DNA of 64,000 nt from a virus: positions 11,249 to 75,248 of IMG/VR virus record IMGVR_UViG_3300021471_000007; one strand, given 5' to 3'. Positions 17,681-26,958 of this stretch are shown here, one piece after another. Position numbers and translations under genes: made by a program. Positions within the stretch are counted from its first letter, which is position 1. Every line of letters starts with the position of its first letter. Under the pieces are notes generated by a model. That model saw only the letters and a program-made list of their open reading frames with translations. It was not told the origin of the DNA and made no database searches.

Positions 17681-19471
17681 TTATAAACTCACGTGCACAT
17701 CTTTTTTGTCTCCAAAAAACTTGATCTTTGCGACTCCTTTTTTACCTGGTTTATATCCTTTCTTTTCTGCATATGTGCCTTCGTAATTTAAAAAGTGTCC
17801 AGTATTAATATAATATCTTTTGTGTTTTACAACCATTTTGTTTTTATAATCTATCTTTCTTAGTTCATCAGTCTGTAATGATAAATCATGAGTATGCCCC
17901 GAACAATTTCCTGTAATCGATACTTTTCCGTTTCTTCTTATTATTACTGTTCCATTAAATGTAGTTACATCCCACATTTTTTTGTCTTCCATCCTATGTT
18001 CTATTAAATTCTTTGACAATGCAAGTGTAACATCTTGTCTATTGCAAATTCCCAATGTATAATTAACTGTATTAGCAAAACCACTGATTCTTTGAAGTTT
18101 TCTTGTTCTATAACCAAATATGGTGCATGCTGCTTGTAATTTGTCTATTAATTTTTCGTTTGCCGAATAATATTCATAAACTCCATCATAGTGTTTGTGT
18201 CCATCTCCTGCAATCAAAGTTTCAAGGAATATATCAAATTGTCTTTTACTGAGCTTATTTATCCAATCTGGTATATCTTTTTCTGATATTAGCTCCCTTA
18301 TCTTTTCTCCTTGCTTTGCTTTTATATAAAACACCATGTCAAGTTTTTCTTTTCCTCTTATATAAATTGAAAAATCTAATTTTAATCTTTCTAATAGTGA
18401 TGTAATTTCATTGGCTTTTTCTCCTTTTCTTTGGTATATCATTATTGCCTTATGTGCTCCGTGTTCATTTTTAAAATGTCCTTCGCTTATGATCCACGCA
18501 ACTAATCGAATTTCATCATCAGACAAATCATAATCTTTATTATCCATAATTCCTGTTAGTGGAATTTTTATTTGTCCTTTTAATTTCGCTAATTCCTTTG
18601 CAGGCTTGATTAAATATTCACCTTTATATTTGTATATCATTCTTTGATTTGGGCTTAAACACTGACTAATTGAGGACATCTCTATATTATATGATTCTTT
18701 TTCTTCTGTTTCAATTTTGTTCAATACTACATCTTTTTCGATTTTGTTATTAATCAAATTAAGGTTAAGTATTATATCTCCAATGTTAACCTCGTCTTTT
18801 TTCTTCCAACCATCTGTTGTCAATATTTCTGTTTCTTCATCAAAACAATAGACGTCAGCATCGAATGATTCACCTAATCTTCTTATTGCTCTTAATTTTC
18901 CTTCTGGCGTCGATGCACCACTTGCACCATGTGTTACATACATCGAATAATTATTCTTTCCAACTCTTAATTTTATAAACCCAGCATATCCCATATATGG
19001 TACGCCGAGTTTACTTGCAAGCATCCTGGTTAAATCAAATCCTATTTCTTTGTAAGTCCTCTCTTCATGATTTCCTGTTAACAATGCAAGTATTTGTTTT
19101 CTTATTGGAGAAAGATATTCTACCATATTATCGAATTGATCTTCTGGAGACATGTCTTCATAAGTATTACTCACAGAATTCATAGTAGCATTATTTAAAT
19201 AATCACCCATTCCAATAACATAAGAACCAGATTTTTTAATATAATCCAAAGTGCCTTCGAACAATTTGACATCACAAGATCTTGCTCCGTAATGTATATC
19301 TCCCAGAGGTATTACCTTTATTTCTTTTTCCTTTGGAAAATCAAAACATTGTAATTTGCTTCTTTTTCTTAATCTAATTTCATCTAATTCTTCATTTAAC
19401 TGTCCAATAAATTTCATCAATTCACCCTTCTTCATCTTTTTTACATCTTTCATAACTTCATTTATATTCAT
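17681..19471 (-). CDS. calcineurin-like metallophosphoesterase containing an intein
   Basis: GDIHYG, GD, GNHE, THG, GHTH motifs; track start 19480. Confidence 0.9.
   Translation of the reverse strand: MNINEVMKDVKKMKKGELMKFIGQLNEELDEIRLRKRSKLQCFDFPKEKEIKVIPLGDIHYGARSCDVKLFEGTLDYIKKSGSYVIGMGDYLNNATMNSVSNTYEDMSPEDQFDNMVEYLSPIRKQILALLTGNHEERTYKEIGFDLTRMLASKLGVPYMGYAGFIKLRVGKNNYSMYVTHGASGASTPEGKLRAIRRLGESFDADVYCFDEETEILTTDGWKKKDEVNIGDIILNLNLINNKIEKDVVLNKIETEEKESYNIEMSSISQCLSPNQRMIYKYKGEYLIKPAKELAKLKGQIKIPLTGIMDNKDYDLSDDEIRLVAWIISEGHFKNEHGAHKAIMIYQRKGEKANEITSLLERLKLDFSIYIRGKEKLDMVFYIKAKQGEKIRELISEKDIPDWINKLSKRQFDIFLETLIAGDGHKHYDGVYEYYSANEKLIDKLQAACTIFGYRTRKLQRISGFANTVNYTLGICNRQDVTLALSKNLIEHRMEDKKMWDVTTFNGTVIIRRNGKVSITGNCSGHTHDLSLQTDELRKIDYKNKMVVKHKRYYINTGHFLNYEGTYAEKKGYKPGKKGVAKIKFFGDKKDVHVSL
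17906..18847 (-). mobile_element. intein (314 aa) with LAGLIDADG homing endonuclease
   Basis: Starts CFDEETEILTTDGW, ends IRRNGKVSITGN followed by Cys+1; LVAWIISEG and FLETLIAGDG blocks. Confidence 0.92.
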
Positions 19472-19571
19472 AAGTAGCACACCTTAAAATTTTATATATT
19501 CATCAGCTACTTACATCTATCTTCAAATTCAATAATGACGCCTCACATAACAATCATCGGCATTCAGTCAC

Positions 19572-19685
19572 TTATAACAGTGACTGTAGTACTCCGAATC
19601 CGGTTACGGACAAACCAACAATAGCTAGTATTGCAGCTATTGTCAAAGCAACGTTCGTTATTATTGATATGCTTTCTTTCTCCAT
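19572..19685 (-). CDS. 37-aa TM peptide (possible lysis accessory)
   Basis: SD GGAGGTGA; MEKESISIITNVALTIAAILAIVGLSVTGFGVLQSLL. Confidence 0.55.
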   Translation of the reverse strand: MEKESISIITNVALTIAAILAIVGLSVTGFGVLQSLL

Positions 19686-19722
19686 GAATTGTCACCTCCA
19701 TTTAACTTTTGATGACTATGAT

Positions 19723-19911
19723 TTACTTGTCTTCCTTTTTCCATACAATTGGTTCTTTTGTTACTAACCTTAGTATGAAGTTTATTACAACTAGTATTGA
19801 TGCTACCAACTCTGGACTTAATTCTATACCAAAGTATTGACTAGATATCATGCCAGCCAATGTAAGTAGATTTACCCAAAAGGTTTTTGATTTCAAAATA
19901 GTTTTTCCCAT
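19723..19911 (-). CDS. putative holin (2 TM)
   Basis: KSKTFWVN..., INFILRLVTKEP; charged C-terminus; own TATA box. Confidence 0.6.
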   Translation of the reverse strand: MGKTILKSKTFWVNLLTLAGMISSQYFGIELSPELVASILVVINFILRLVTKEPIVWKKEDK

Positions 19912-20090
19912 ACAAACACCTCACATTATTATTGTATTAATTATATATATAAATCTAACTCCGCCTAATCCATACGCTTCCATCAAAGATTTCCATGGGT
20001 ATGTATGTGTTCACACATATCGTGTTTACAATTGGGCTGTTATGCAACATTTATAACACCGTTTTAAGCTCTTAAAATGCTTGTTTTTTG

Positions 20091-21563
20091 TTATGAATAC
20101 AATATTGAGAAACCTTCCACTTGTGGATTCGGGTTAAATGAATCTATATGGAAATTAAATTTTATTCTTAATTTTTTGCCAGCATTGCTTGTAGAGTACT
20201 TTGTACCAGTATATACCGTACCAACAGCCGGTTCCCAATTAAGACCGCCATCTACACTAATCTTTACCTCTGTTTGTGCTAAATCCTGACCAGATATTTT
20301 TAGCTCATAGTATTGTATATTATCTGTTGTGTCTGCATCATAAACTTCACTTATCCAAGTACCGTTAGAACTACCAGATTGTAGTTGTAATTTACCATCT
20401 AATATCAATGTATTTGTATGCGTACCGGAATCCGCATCAAATGTTTCGTTTACACTATAATCTAAGTCATTTTCATTTACAACATCTTCAAGAGAAAGCT
20501 CTTTTTCTGTATGTTTTCTAAATAACGAGGGTATGTGTTTTTTTGTTTGTATTGTTGATTTTGTTTGTAACTCCGGAAATTTGTGTTTAAATTTATAAAT
20601 CTTAAATTGCTGATGTATCGATTGTGTTGGGTTAGATATCCAAATAAAATCACCAGGTCTTAATGATGGTAACAATAATGATTTTGCTGTACCTCTTTTT
20701 TGTGGAGTTTTTAATAATTCTAATTCTGCATTTGCACGTTCTTTTGCTTGCTGTAGTGTTGTTATTGATTTGTCCTTCACTATCTTTTCTTTGACATTGA
20801 GTGATGCAGATGAATCCATTGCTGTATATACTATCTCAAGTCCACTGTTGTCTTCACCATATACAATAACTTTGTTTTTGACGTCTTTTGTATCTGTACC
20901 GATACCCTCTATTTTAATAAGATTATCATTCCACACTATGGCTTCGTCTGGATTTGTTTGTGTAAATTCTTCAAAGAAATGGCAATCCTTGTTATCATCT
21001 ACATAGAAATCATATCCAGCTATCTCACACAAATCTTTTATACAATCCCAAAATGGTTTTTGGCTCCAGTTTATAGTCGCCTTTGTTGTATTAGTTGCAA
21101 CATTTGTTGTCGTAAACGATTCTGACAATTTGGAATTCGCGTCTGCTATTATAGTATTTAATATCGAATCACTTGTACCACTGATCTGCGTGTCTTCAAA
21201 TGTTCGTGTAATTGTTATATCCAATAATTTTTCTGAATAATGACTGCCTTTTACAGTAAGAAAATATGCTCGATCAAATTTCTGTTCAACAACATCTATC
21301 AGTCCGAGATACCTTAATGTTTCAGTTCCATCTCTGGTTATGTATAATTTGACTATTTCGCCGCCAGTATATTTATCATTATAAGAACCATCGGTATTTA
21401 TTAGTTCGAATGAAAATTTGCCAACACCGTCTGTTACTGTTTTTTCAAATTCTGCTTTAACAATATCATCTGTTACATCTACTTCGTCTATTAATATTCT
21501 ATATGATATGTTAAGCTTTCTCGGTATCCAAATAAATACTTCTTGAGATCCACGTGTTGACAT
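20091..21563 (-). CDS. baseplate hub / Tal-like tail protein
   Basis: Position; CIKDLCEIAGYDFYVD, NKVIVYG, AKERANAEL, LRPGD hub pattern. Confidence 0.75.
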   Translation of the reverse strand: MSTRGSQEVFIWIPRKLNISYRILIDEVDVTDDIVKAEFEKTVTDGVGKFSFELINTDGSYNDKYTGGEIVKLYITRDGTETLRYLGLIDVVEQKFDRAYFLTVKGSHYSEKLLDITITRTFEDTQISGTSDSILNTIIADANSKLSESFTTTNVATNTTKATINWSQKPFWDCIKDLCEIAGYDFYVDDNKDCHFFEEFTQTNPDEAIVWNDNLIKIEGIGTDTKDVKNKVIVYGEDNSGLEIVYTAMDSSASLNVKEKIVKDKSITTLQQAKERANAELELLKTPQKRGTAKSLLLPSLRPGDFIWISNPTQSIHQQFKIYKFKHKFPELQTKSTIQTKKHIPSLFRKHTEKELSLEDVVNENDLDYSVNETFDADSGTHTNTLILDGKLQLQSGSSNGTWISEVYDADTTDNIQYYELKISGQDLAQTEVKISVDGGLNWEPAVGTVYTGTKYSTSNAGKKLRIKFNFHIDSFNPNPQVEGFSILYS

Positions 21564-21567
21564 CTAA

Positions 21568-24500
21568 TCAACTCCAACAATTTATGCAATCTGCACAACA
21601 CAAATCATAAGTTACATTAGCCGTAACCAAACTATGCAGTTCTGTTGCATTGCAATTATATAAATCAACCCAAAACCACAAACCATACCAGGTAGTTACC
21701 GGTAGAGTTTCAATATTATTTAATATTGGATATTTTGTTGTATTTAATATAACGGCATCATCTTTTGAGCTTGTTGTGCTTACACTCATATTAATGCAAG
21801 ATGGCAGATTGGAATTTAAATATATGCTCATATTTGCGGTTTTGTCATAGGACATTGTTGTTATATTCCAAAACGGTATTGTATCACTCTGACCATACGG
21901 TGTTATATTAGTGTCATTTAAAAAAGATGGAAAGAACTCCATGTATGGATATAATGTATTGAGATTAACATCTGAATAAACATTCATAATAGAATGTGTG
22001 TCAGAACTTGGCGCATATTCACTATCACCATAAAAATTTGCTGTTACTGTTATATTATCAGAACCTTTATAATATATGGCAAGATCACTCATCTCAACTG
22101 TGCCATTAGAATCTGAAGATATAATAAACGGCACATTAACCGTTTCATCATTTGAATTATTCAGATAATATGATATTGCTGTTGTATTTAATGTAATTGG
22201 ATTATATTGTTGTGTATAATTTATTTCTATATTATCTATTGTAAGCGTTCCACCATCTGACTTTAAATTAATTGGTATTAGACAATAGCCAAATGAATCT
22301 GGTGTGCAAGTACTCAAATAATCGGATAACTCAGAACCGAAATCATCGGTTGTATTTGTTATATTGAAATCACCATTTTCTATCCATTCAACATCACCAT
22401 CACCACTGACATCAATGTATGATGCATGCGGATACATTTTAACATTCAGCCATCCTTCATAATAATTGATTTGATCCATATCACCAAGATCACCATATAT
22501 CTTTATTCTTATCATATCATCTTGATAATAATCTGTCATGTTGGAACCAGCAACTGTTACATTAGAATAATAAGTAGGAATGCTTGGCAATGAATTATCA
22601 AACAGATCCCAAGTATCATCTGTGAAATTATATATATATGCTCCGCGTGTACCGCCCACAAAAACAATAATTCTTCCATACCATTTTATGTATTCTATGT
22701 TTGTTGCATCTGCACCAATGGTGTAATTTTGTATAATATAACCAGCATGATTGCTTCCAAGCATAGCCGATGTTGAATAATCAGAATCACATGCATCGGT
22801 GTAAAACGACCAACCGTTTGTAATAGCAGTACATCCCTCTAGAGCAGACACGGACTGTTTTCCTGTTACATTCACAGTTGCATTATTTACTATTGCTGTT
22901 TTTGGCAATTCAAAATAACCCGTTATTGTTTTTGGTGAATCATATACAAAGTCTTTTGTTTTAGTACCATCATTAAATGTACTTAGTGTTACATTGCCTT
23001 CTTTTAATTCACCAACAATATTTGTATCCAAAACATTATCTATATATAACTTTACATTCTTTGGCAAACCATTAGTATTATAACCTGTAAGCGATATGTT
23101 TCCACTGGTTACATAATCATATTTGTTAAATGTAACATTAACTGTTTTATTAATCGATGAATTTGTATACACTATTTTTATATAAGGCATAAATGATCCA
23201 TATTCTTTTGAATAGAATTGTATTAAGTCAGATCCGCTTTGTGCACCACTAAAAAATAATGATGCATTATGCTCATTGTTTCGTTCGAGTTCGAGCCAAT
23301 CCGTTATATCAAAAGACATCCAATATGGTGTTGCATTATCACCATAGTATGTGCTGTTTTTAGTTATAAATTGACTATAAGACGGTCTTTCATTCCATGT
23401 GATATCGTTTTCAGACCAAGTTTGATCGTTTACCTGGTAGACACTTATGTTTATCTGCTCACCACTTTCATATGTAGTATCATATACATAAACAAACAAT
23501 CTTGCATTTAGTATTTGTTTATCAAAAACATCAGATAAATTAAACTTCATGTAACCATATACTAAATCTGATACATACGTTCCAACACTTATATGATCAT
23601 CTGTTCCATAATTTGAATCCGGATAACTTTGCACAACATACGCATCGTCTAATATCGAATCTGAATTCAGTTGTATATCATAACCATAAAATTCATCAAA
23701 TGTTACATTCTTTGCTGTAGATCCATCACTAAATTCCTGTTTTGCTGCGAATGTAGTAAAATTATATTCGAAGTTTAAAATACCGAATCTAACTTTAGTT
23801 TCATACCAATTTGTTAGATAACTGCCACTTTCATCTACTAACATATCATCTATTTGTAGTATACCATCAGATAAAAAGTCTGTTGCATTATCAGATGTTA
23901 TGTTTACTTGCCTATATATCATTCCTGATGTTCCACCCTCATCTGATGAATTATATACAACTTGCCAATCGTTGGAAGTATAATTATAAAGCCTTAATAC
24001 CGAATGTGCACCAAGATCATCTGCTTGTTCTGCTTTGAAATATATTTGTGCACTCCTTACATTCGATGGTATTGTATAATTCTCATATACATGTGAATTG
24101 CCTATATAGCTACCAGTTGTAGCAGCAGCAGAAACCCAATCTTCATCAACAGCATGCGAACAATCATATGTGCCTGTACTAAATGTGCCTTCACAAGCAT
24201 AACTGTCTTCCGTATCATCCCAATCAAGCCACGTAATGTTAACACTTGATGAGTTTATATAGTCAACACCAAAGCCCGGTGCATATATTGATAAATACAT
24301 TTCTTTGTCTATATCAGAACTGAAATTGGCTTTTAGTGTTACAACTGAACCTTGATCATAATAACGATCTGCATTTAAACCATTAAGATATAAATTTATA
24401 TGTGATGATTTTAAAACATCTAGATATAACGTATCTGAACTCGATGTATAGTTATCATTGCCTTCATAAAAACCGGTTATATTAAATTTTCCAAACTCAC

Positions 24501-26478
24501 TTAACAATGTATAATTATATAATGGTGTTGTGCCGGTTTGTATCGTCCACCCAGTCATATTTGTATCCAAACCAACCGTTTCTCCGCTAGCATTAACATA
24601 TACAGTAAAATTCGCCACTGTACCATTGCCTAAAGTACTATCAGAATGTGTTCCATTTATTAATAATATTGTTTGCGTCTGCGCCGTGCTTATCGTAGTA
24701 ATCCAACTATCTGTAGAACTCCATAAATCTTCAGAGTCATTTGCATAAAACTTCCAAGTATACGTTCCAGCACCCAATATTATATCGTAATAGGATGTAT
24801 TTTCATCTCTTGTAGTTGTATAATTATGCGGTGTTCCTGTATAATTTATTTCTATATAACTAAAATTATAACCATTGGAATCTTTGTCATCACTCCACGT
24901 TACATTAAATTGTGAATGTATTAAAGGAGAATATGATGATGGACTATATGAGTTATTTGCTGACCATTGTGGTGATATTTTTGATACAGTTTCTGAACCA
25001 ATTGAATATGTGGGTTCTGGATCTGCTAATAAATATAATGTAAAATTATCGCCTGAAACATTACACGCAGTCGATGGACTGCTTAATGAAAACAAAAAAC
25101 CAACCGTATCACTATTAGGAAAAGTTGCTGCATGATTCTGATTTTCAACTACACTAAAAACCGGATCATCCCAAGTAAAATTTTCACAGGTATTATTCAT
25201 TTTTATGATTAAATGATGCCAATCTTGATCTTGTGCCCAAGAGTTGTCTCCAGTTTTCCAACCATTCAAATTCCATTTCCATCCGTATGAAGCCCATGAT
25301 TGGTGTTCGATTCTCCAAGCTATAGTAGAATCATTGGAACCAAACATCGCTGAATGTGAGTCACCGGAATGTGTTCCGTCTTGCATATAATCAAGTTCCA
25401 TGACAATATACACTCCACTAGAAAAATTAAAATGTTTTTTTGAAACTAAGTCCGTTCCTTTATTCTCAGGAAAAGTGACAATTCCATCACCCACATCGGG
25501 TAAATCGCCTCCAGTAAAACGTGGAGACCATATTGATGTATTAATTGCATTACCATCAAATGCATCATAGATGTTATATCTAATATCATTCCAACTTGAA
25601 TTAGCAAAATTAGCATTAGTGTTGCCATAATAAACATTATAGTCCGATGTTGATGATGCATTTACATCAATCTTAAAAGTCAATTCCACATGTGTTGAAT
25701 TGCAATTTCTTAAACCAAAATCAATTTCATTGTCTGTGGTATTTATAACTCTTATGTCTGAACAATCGGCCTTTGCGTTTCCACTATGATTAAACCAAAC
25801 AACAATGGGATAATTTATCAAATCATTCCCAGAATTTTCTGTTATTGTTATTGTTTTTCTATAATTCCAATTTGAATTCCACCACGTAGGATCAAACAAT
25901 CTAACATTAAACACTTCATAATCAGATTTAATATCATACTGTGCTTTTACAATTCCTGTTTTATAAACCCATGCCCAACGATAGTCTGGGTTTAAGCTAA
26001 CTTTCATATTCTTGCCAAATTCTAATAGTGTTTCTCCGTGTAACTTATAAGTAGGGCCATCATATGTCAAGTCTCTTACTTCATATCTATAAAATTTACC
26101 AGAAGCATTAAATATTTCAACTTGGTGTGATATTGGAAACAATTCCTTGTTTTTTATATCACCTCTAAAATAATAAGTATCTTTGATTACAGGCCCTCTT
26201 ATATATTTAGTATATCGAGTGATATAGACATCATTACCACTAATATTAGTATCAATATGAATAGACGACAAATCACGATTCATTTGTTTAGAACCGTCAA
26301 ACAGCTTATTGTATTCACGACCAGACACTGTCCAAATCCAACTATATTTTTCACTAGGCACATAAAACGTTGTTTTATCTCTGTCAACTCTTATACGCAC
26401 CTGGTTACTAAAAGTAACATAAACACTAGTAAGTGTTATTAATACTATTAAAAAACCAACAATCTGTTTTTTGTTCAT
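21568..26478 (-). CDS. giant adhesin-like protein (signal/TM, DUF2341-lectin, Ig-like, DNRLRE/CBM96 domains)
   Basis: N-terminal hydrophobic helix; WWNSNWNYRKTITI...DCSDIRV...VYYGN; DAYV....PDSNYG...TWNERP...FYSKE. Confidence 0.75.
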   Translation of the reverse strand: MNKKQIVGFLIVLITLTSVYVTFSNQVRIRVDRDKTTFYVPSEKYSWIWTVSGREYNKLFDGSKQMNRDLSSIHIDTNISGNDVYITRYTKYIRGPVIKDTYYFRGDIKNKELFPISHQVEIFNASGKFYRYEVRDLTYDGPTYKLHGETLLEFGKNMKVSLNPDYRWAWVYKTGIVKAQYDIKSDYEVFNVRLFDPTWWNSNWNYRKTITITENSGNDLINYPIVVWFNHSGNAKADCSDIRVINTTDNEIDFGLRNCNSTHVELTFKIDVNASSTSDYNVYYGNTNANFANSSWNDIRYNIYDAFDGNAINTSIWSPRFTGGDLPDVGDGIVTFPENKGTDLVSKKHFNFSSGVYIVMELDYMQDGTHSGDSHSAMFGSNDSTIAWRIEHQSWASYGWKWNLNGWKTGDNSWAQDQDWHHLIIKMNNTCENFTWDDPVFSVVENQNHAATFPNSDTVGFLFSLSSPSTACNVSGDNFTLYLLADPEPTYSIGSETVSKISPQWSANNSYSPSSYSPLIHSQFNVTWSDDKDSNGYNFSYIEINYTGTPHNYTTTRDENTSYYDIILGAGTYTWKFYANDSEDLWSSTDSWITTISTAQTQTILLINGTHSDSTLGNGTVANFTVYVNASGETVGLDTNMTGWTIQTGTTPLYNYTLLSEFGKFNITGFYEGNDNYTSSSDTLYLDVLKSSHINLYLNGLNADRYYDQGSVVTLKANFSSDIDKEMYLSIYAPGFGVDYINSSSVNITWLDWDDTEDSYACEGTFSTGTYDCSHAVDEDWVSAAATTGSYIGNSHVYENYTIPSNVRSAQIYFKAEQADDLGAHSVLRLYNYTSNDWQVVYNSSDEGGTSGMIYRQVNITSDNATDFLSDGILQIDDMLVDESGSYLTNWYETKVRFGILNFEYNFTTFAAKQEFSDGSTAKNVTFDEFYGYDIQLNSDSILDDAYVVQSYPDSNYGTDDHISVGTYVSDLVYGYMKFNLSDVFDKQILNARLFVYVYDTTYESGEQINISVYQVNDQTWSENDITWNERPSYSQFITKNSTYYGDNATPYWMSFDITDWLELERNNEHNASLFFSGAQSGSDLIQFYSKEYGSFMPYIKIVYTNSSINKTVNVTFNKYDYVTSGNISLTGYNTNGLPKNVKLYIDNVLDTNIVGELKEGNVTLSTFNDGTKTKDFVYDSPKTITGYFELPKTAIVNNATVNVTGKQSVSALEGCTAITNGWSFYTDACDSDYSTSAMLGSNHAGYIIQNYTIGADATNIEYIKWYGRIIVFVGGTRGAYIYNFTDDTWDLFDNSLPSIPTYYSNVTVAGSNMTDYYQDDMIRIKIYGDLGDMDQINYYEGWLNVKMYPHASYIDVSGDGDVEWIENGDFNITNTTDDFGSELSDYLSTCTPDSFGYCLIPINLKSDGGTLTIDNIEINYTQQYNPITLNTTAISYYLNNSNDETVNVPFIISSDSNGTVEMSDLAIYYKGSDNITVTANFYGDSEYAPSSDTHSIMNVYSDVNLNTLYPYMEFFPSFLNDTNITPYGQSDTIPFWNITTMSYDKTANMSIYLNSNLPSCINMSVSTTSSKDDAVILNTTKYPILNNIETLPVTTWYGLWFWVDLYNCNATELHSLVTANVTYDLCCADCINCWS

Positions 26479-26954
26479 TACTTATCCACCCCTATAACAA
26501 ACACACCAGTAAATCCAATCTTCCTATAAGGTGTAACTGACTCATCTTCTTTTATCGCACCGACTTTTTCTGAGAATTTCATTTTATTTATATTAACTGT
26601 ATATTTTTGCTGTTGGTTATCAGCAGATTTACCCCATACAACAGTGCACGTTCCACCAGAGTTTGCAATATTAAGTAAGTTGTTTTTCTTTTCTAATGCC
26701 GATATACTAGCTTCATCTGTAAGAACACCATTAACAGTTATTGCCTGTTTAACCTGAAGCAAATCGATTAACAATCTTTGAGGATCAGTTGATCCACGTT
26801 GATCCTGTGGAACAGGTAAAGGTATATCTATTAAATCTTTAGCATAATCAAAATCAACACTAAACGTACTTATCTTAACAGTAGTACCGCCTGTTATTGT
26901 ATCGCCAGATACCGTTCCAGTTGTTACAAAAAAATCTTCAGTAACATCAACCAT
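26478..26954 (-). CDS. distal tail (Dit-like) protein
   Basis: Directly after TMP; size and beta pattern. Confidence 0.55.
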   Translation of the reverse strand: MVDVTEDFFVTTGTVSGDTITGGTTVKISTFSVDFDYAKDLIDIPLPVPQDQRGSTDPQRLLIDLLQVKQAITVNGVLTDEASISALEKKNNLLNIANSGGTCTVVWGKSADNQQQKYTVNINKMKFSEKVGAIKEDESVTPYRKIGFTGVFVIGVDK

Positions 26955-26958
26955 ATAA

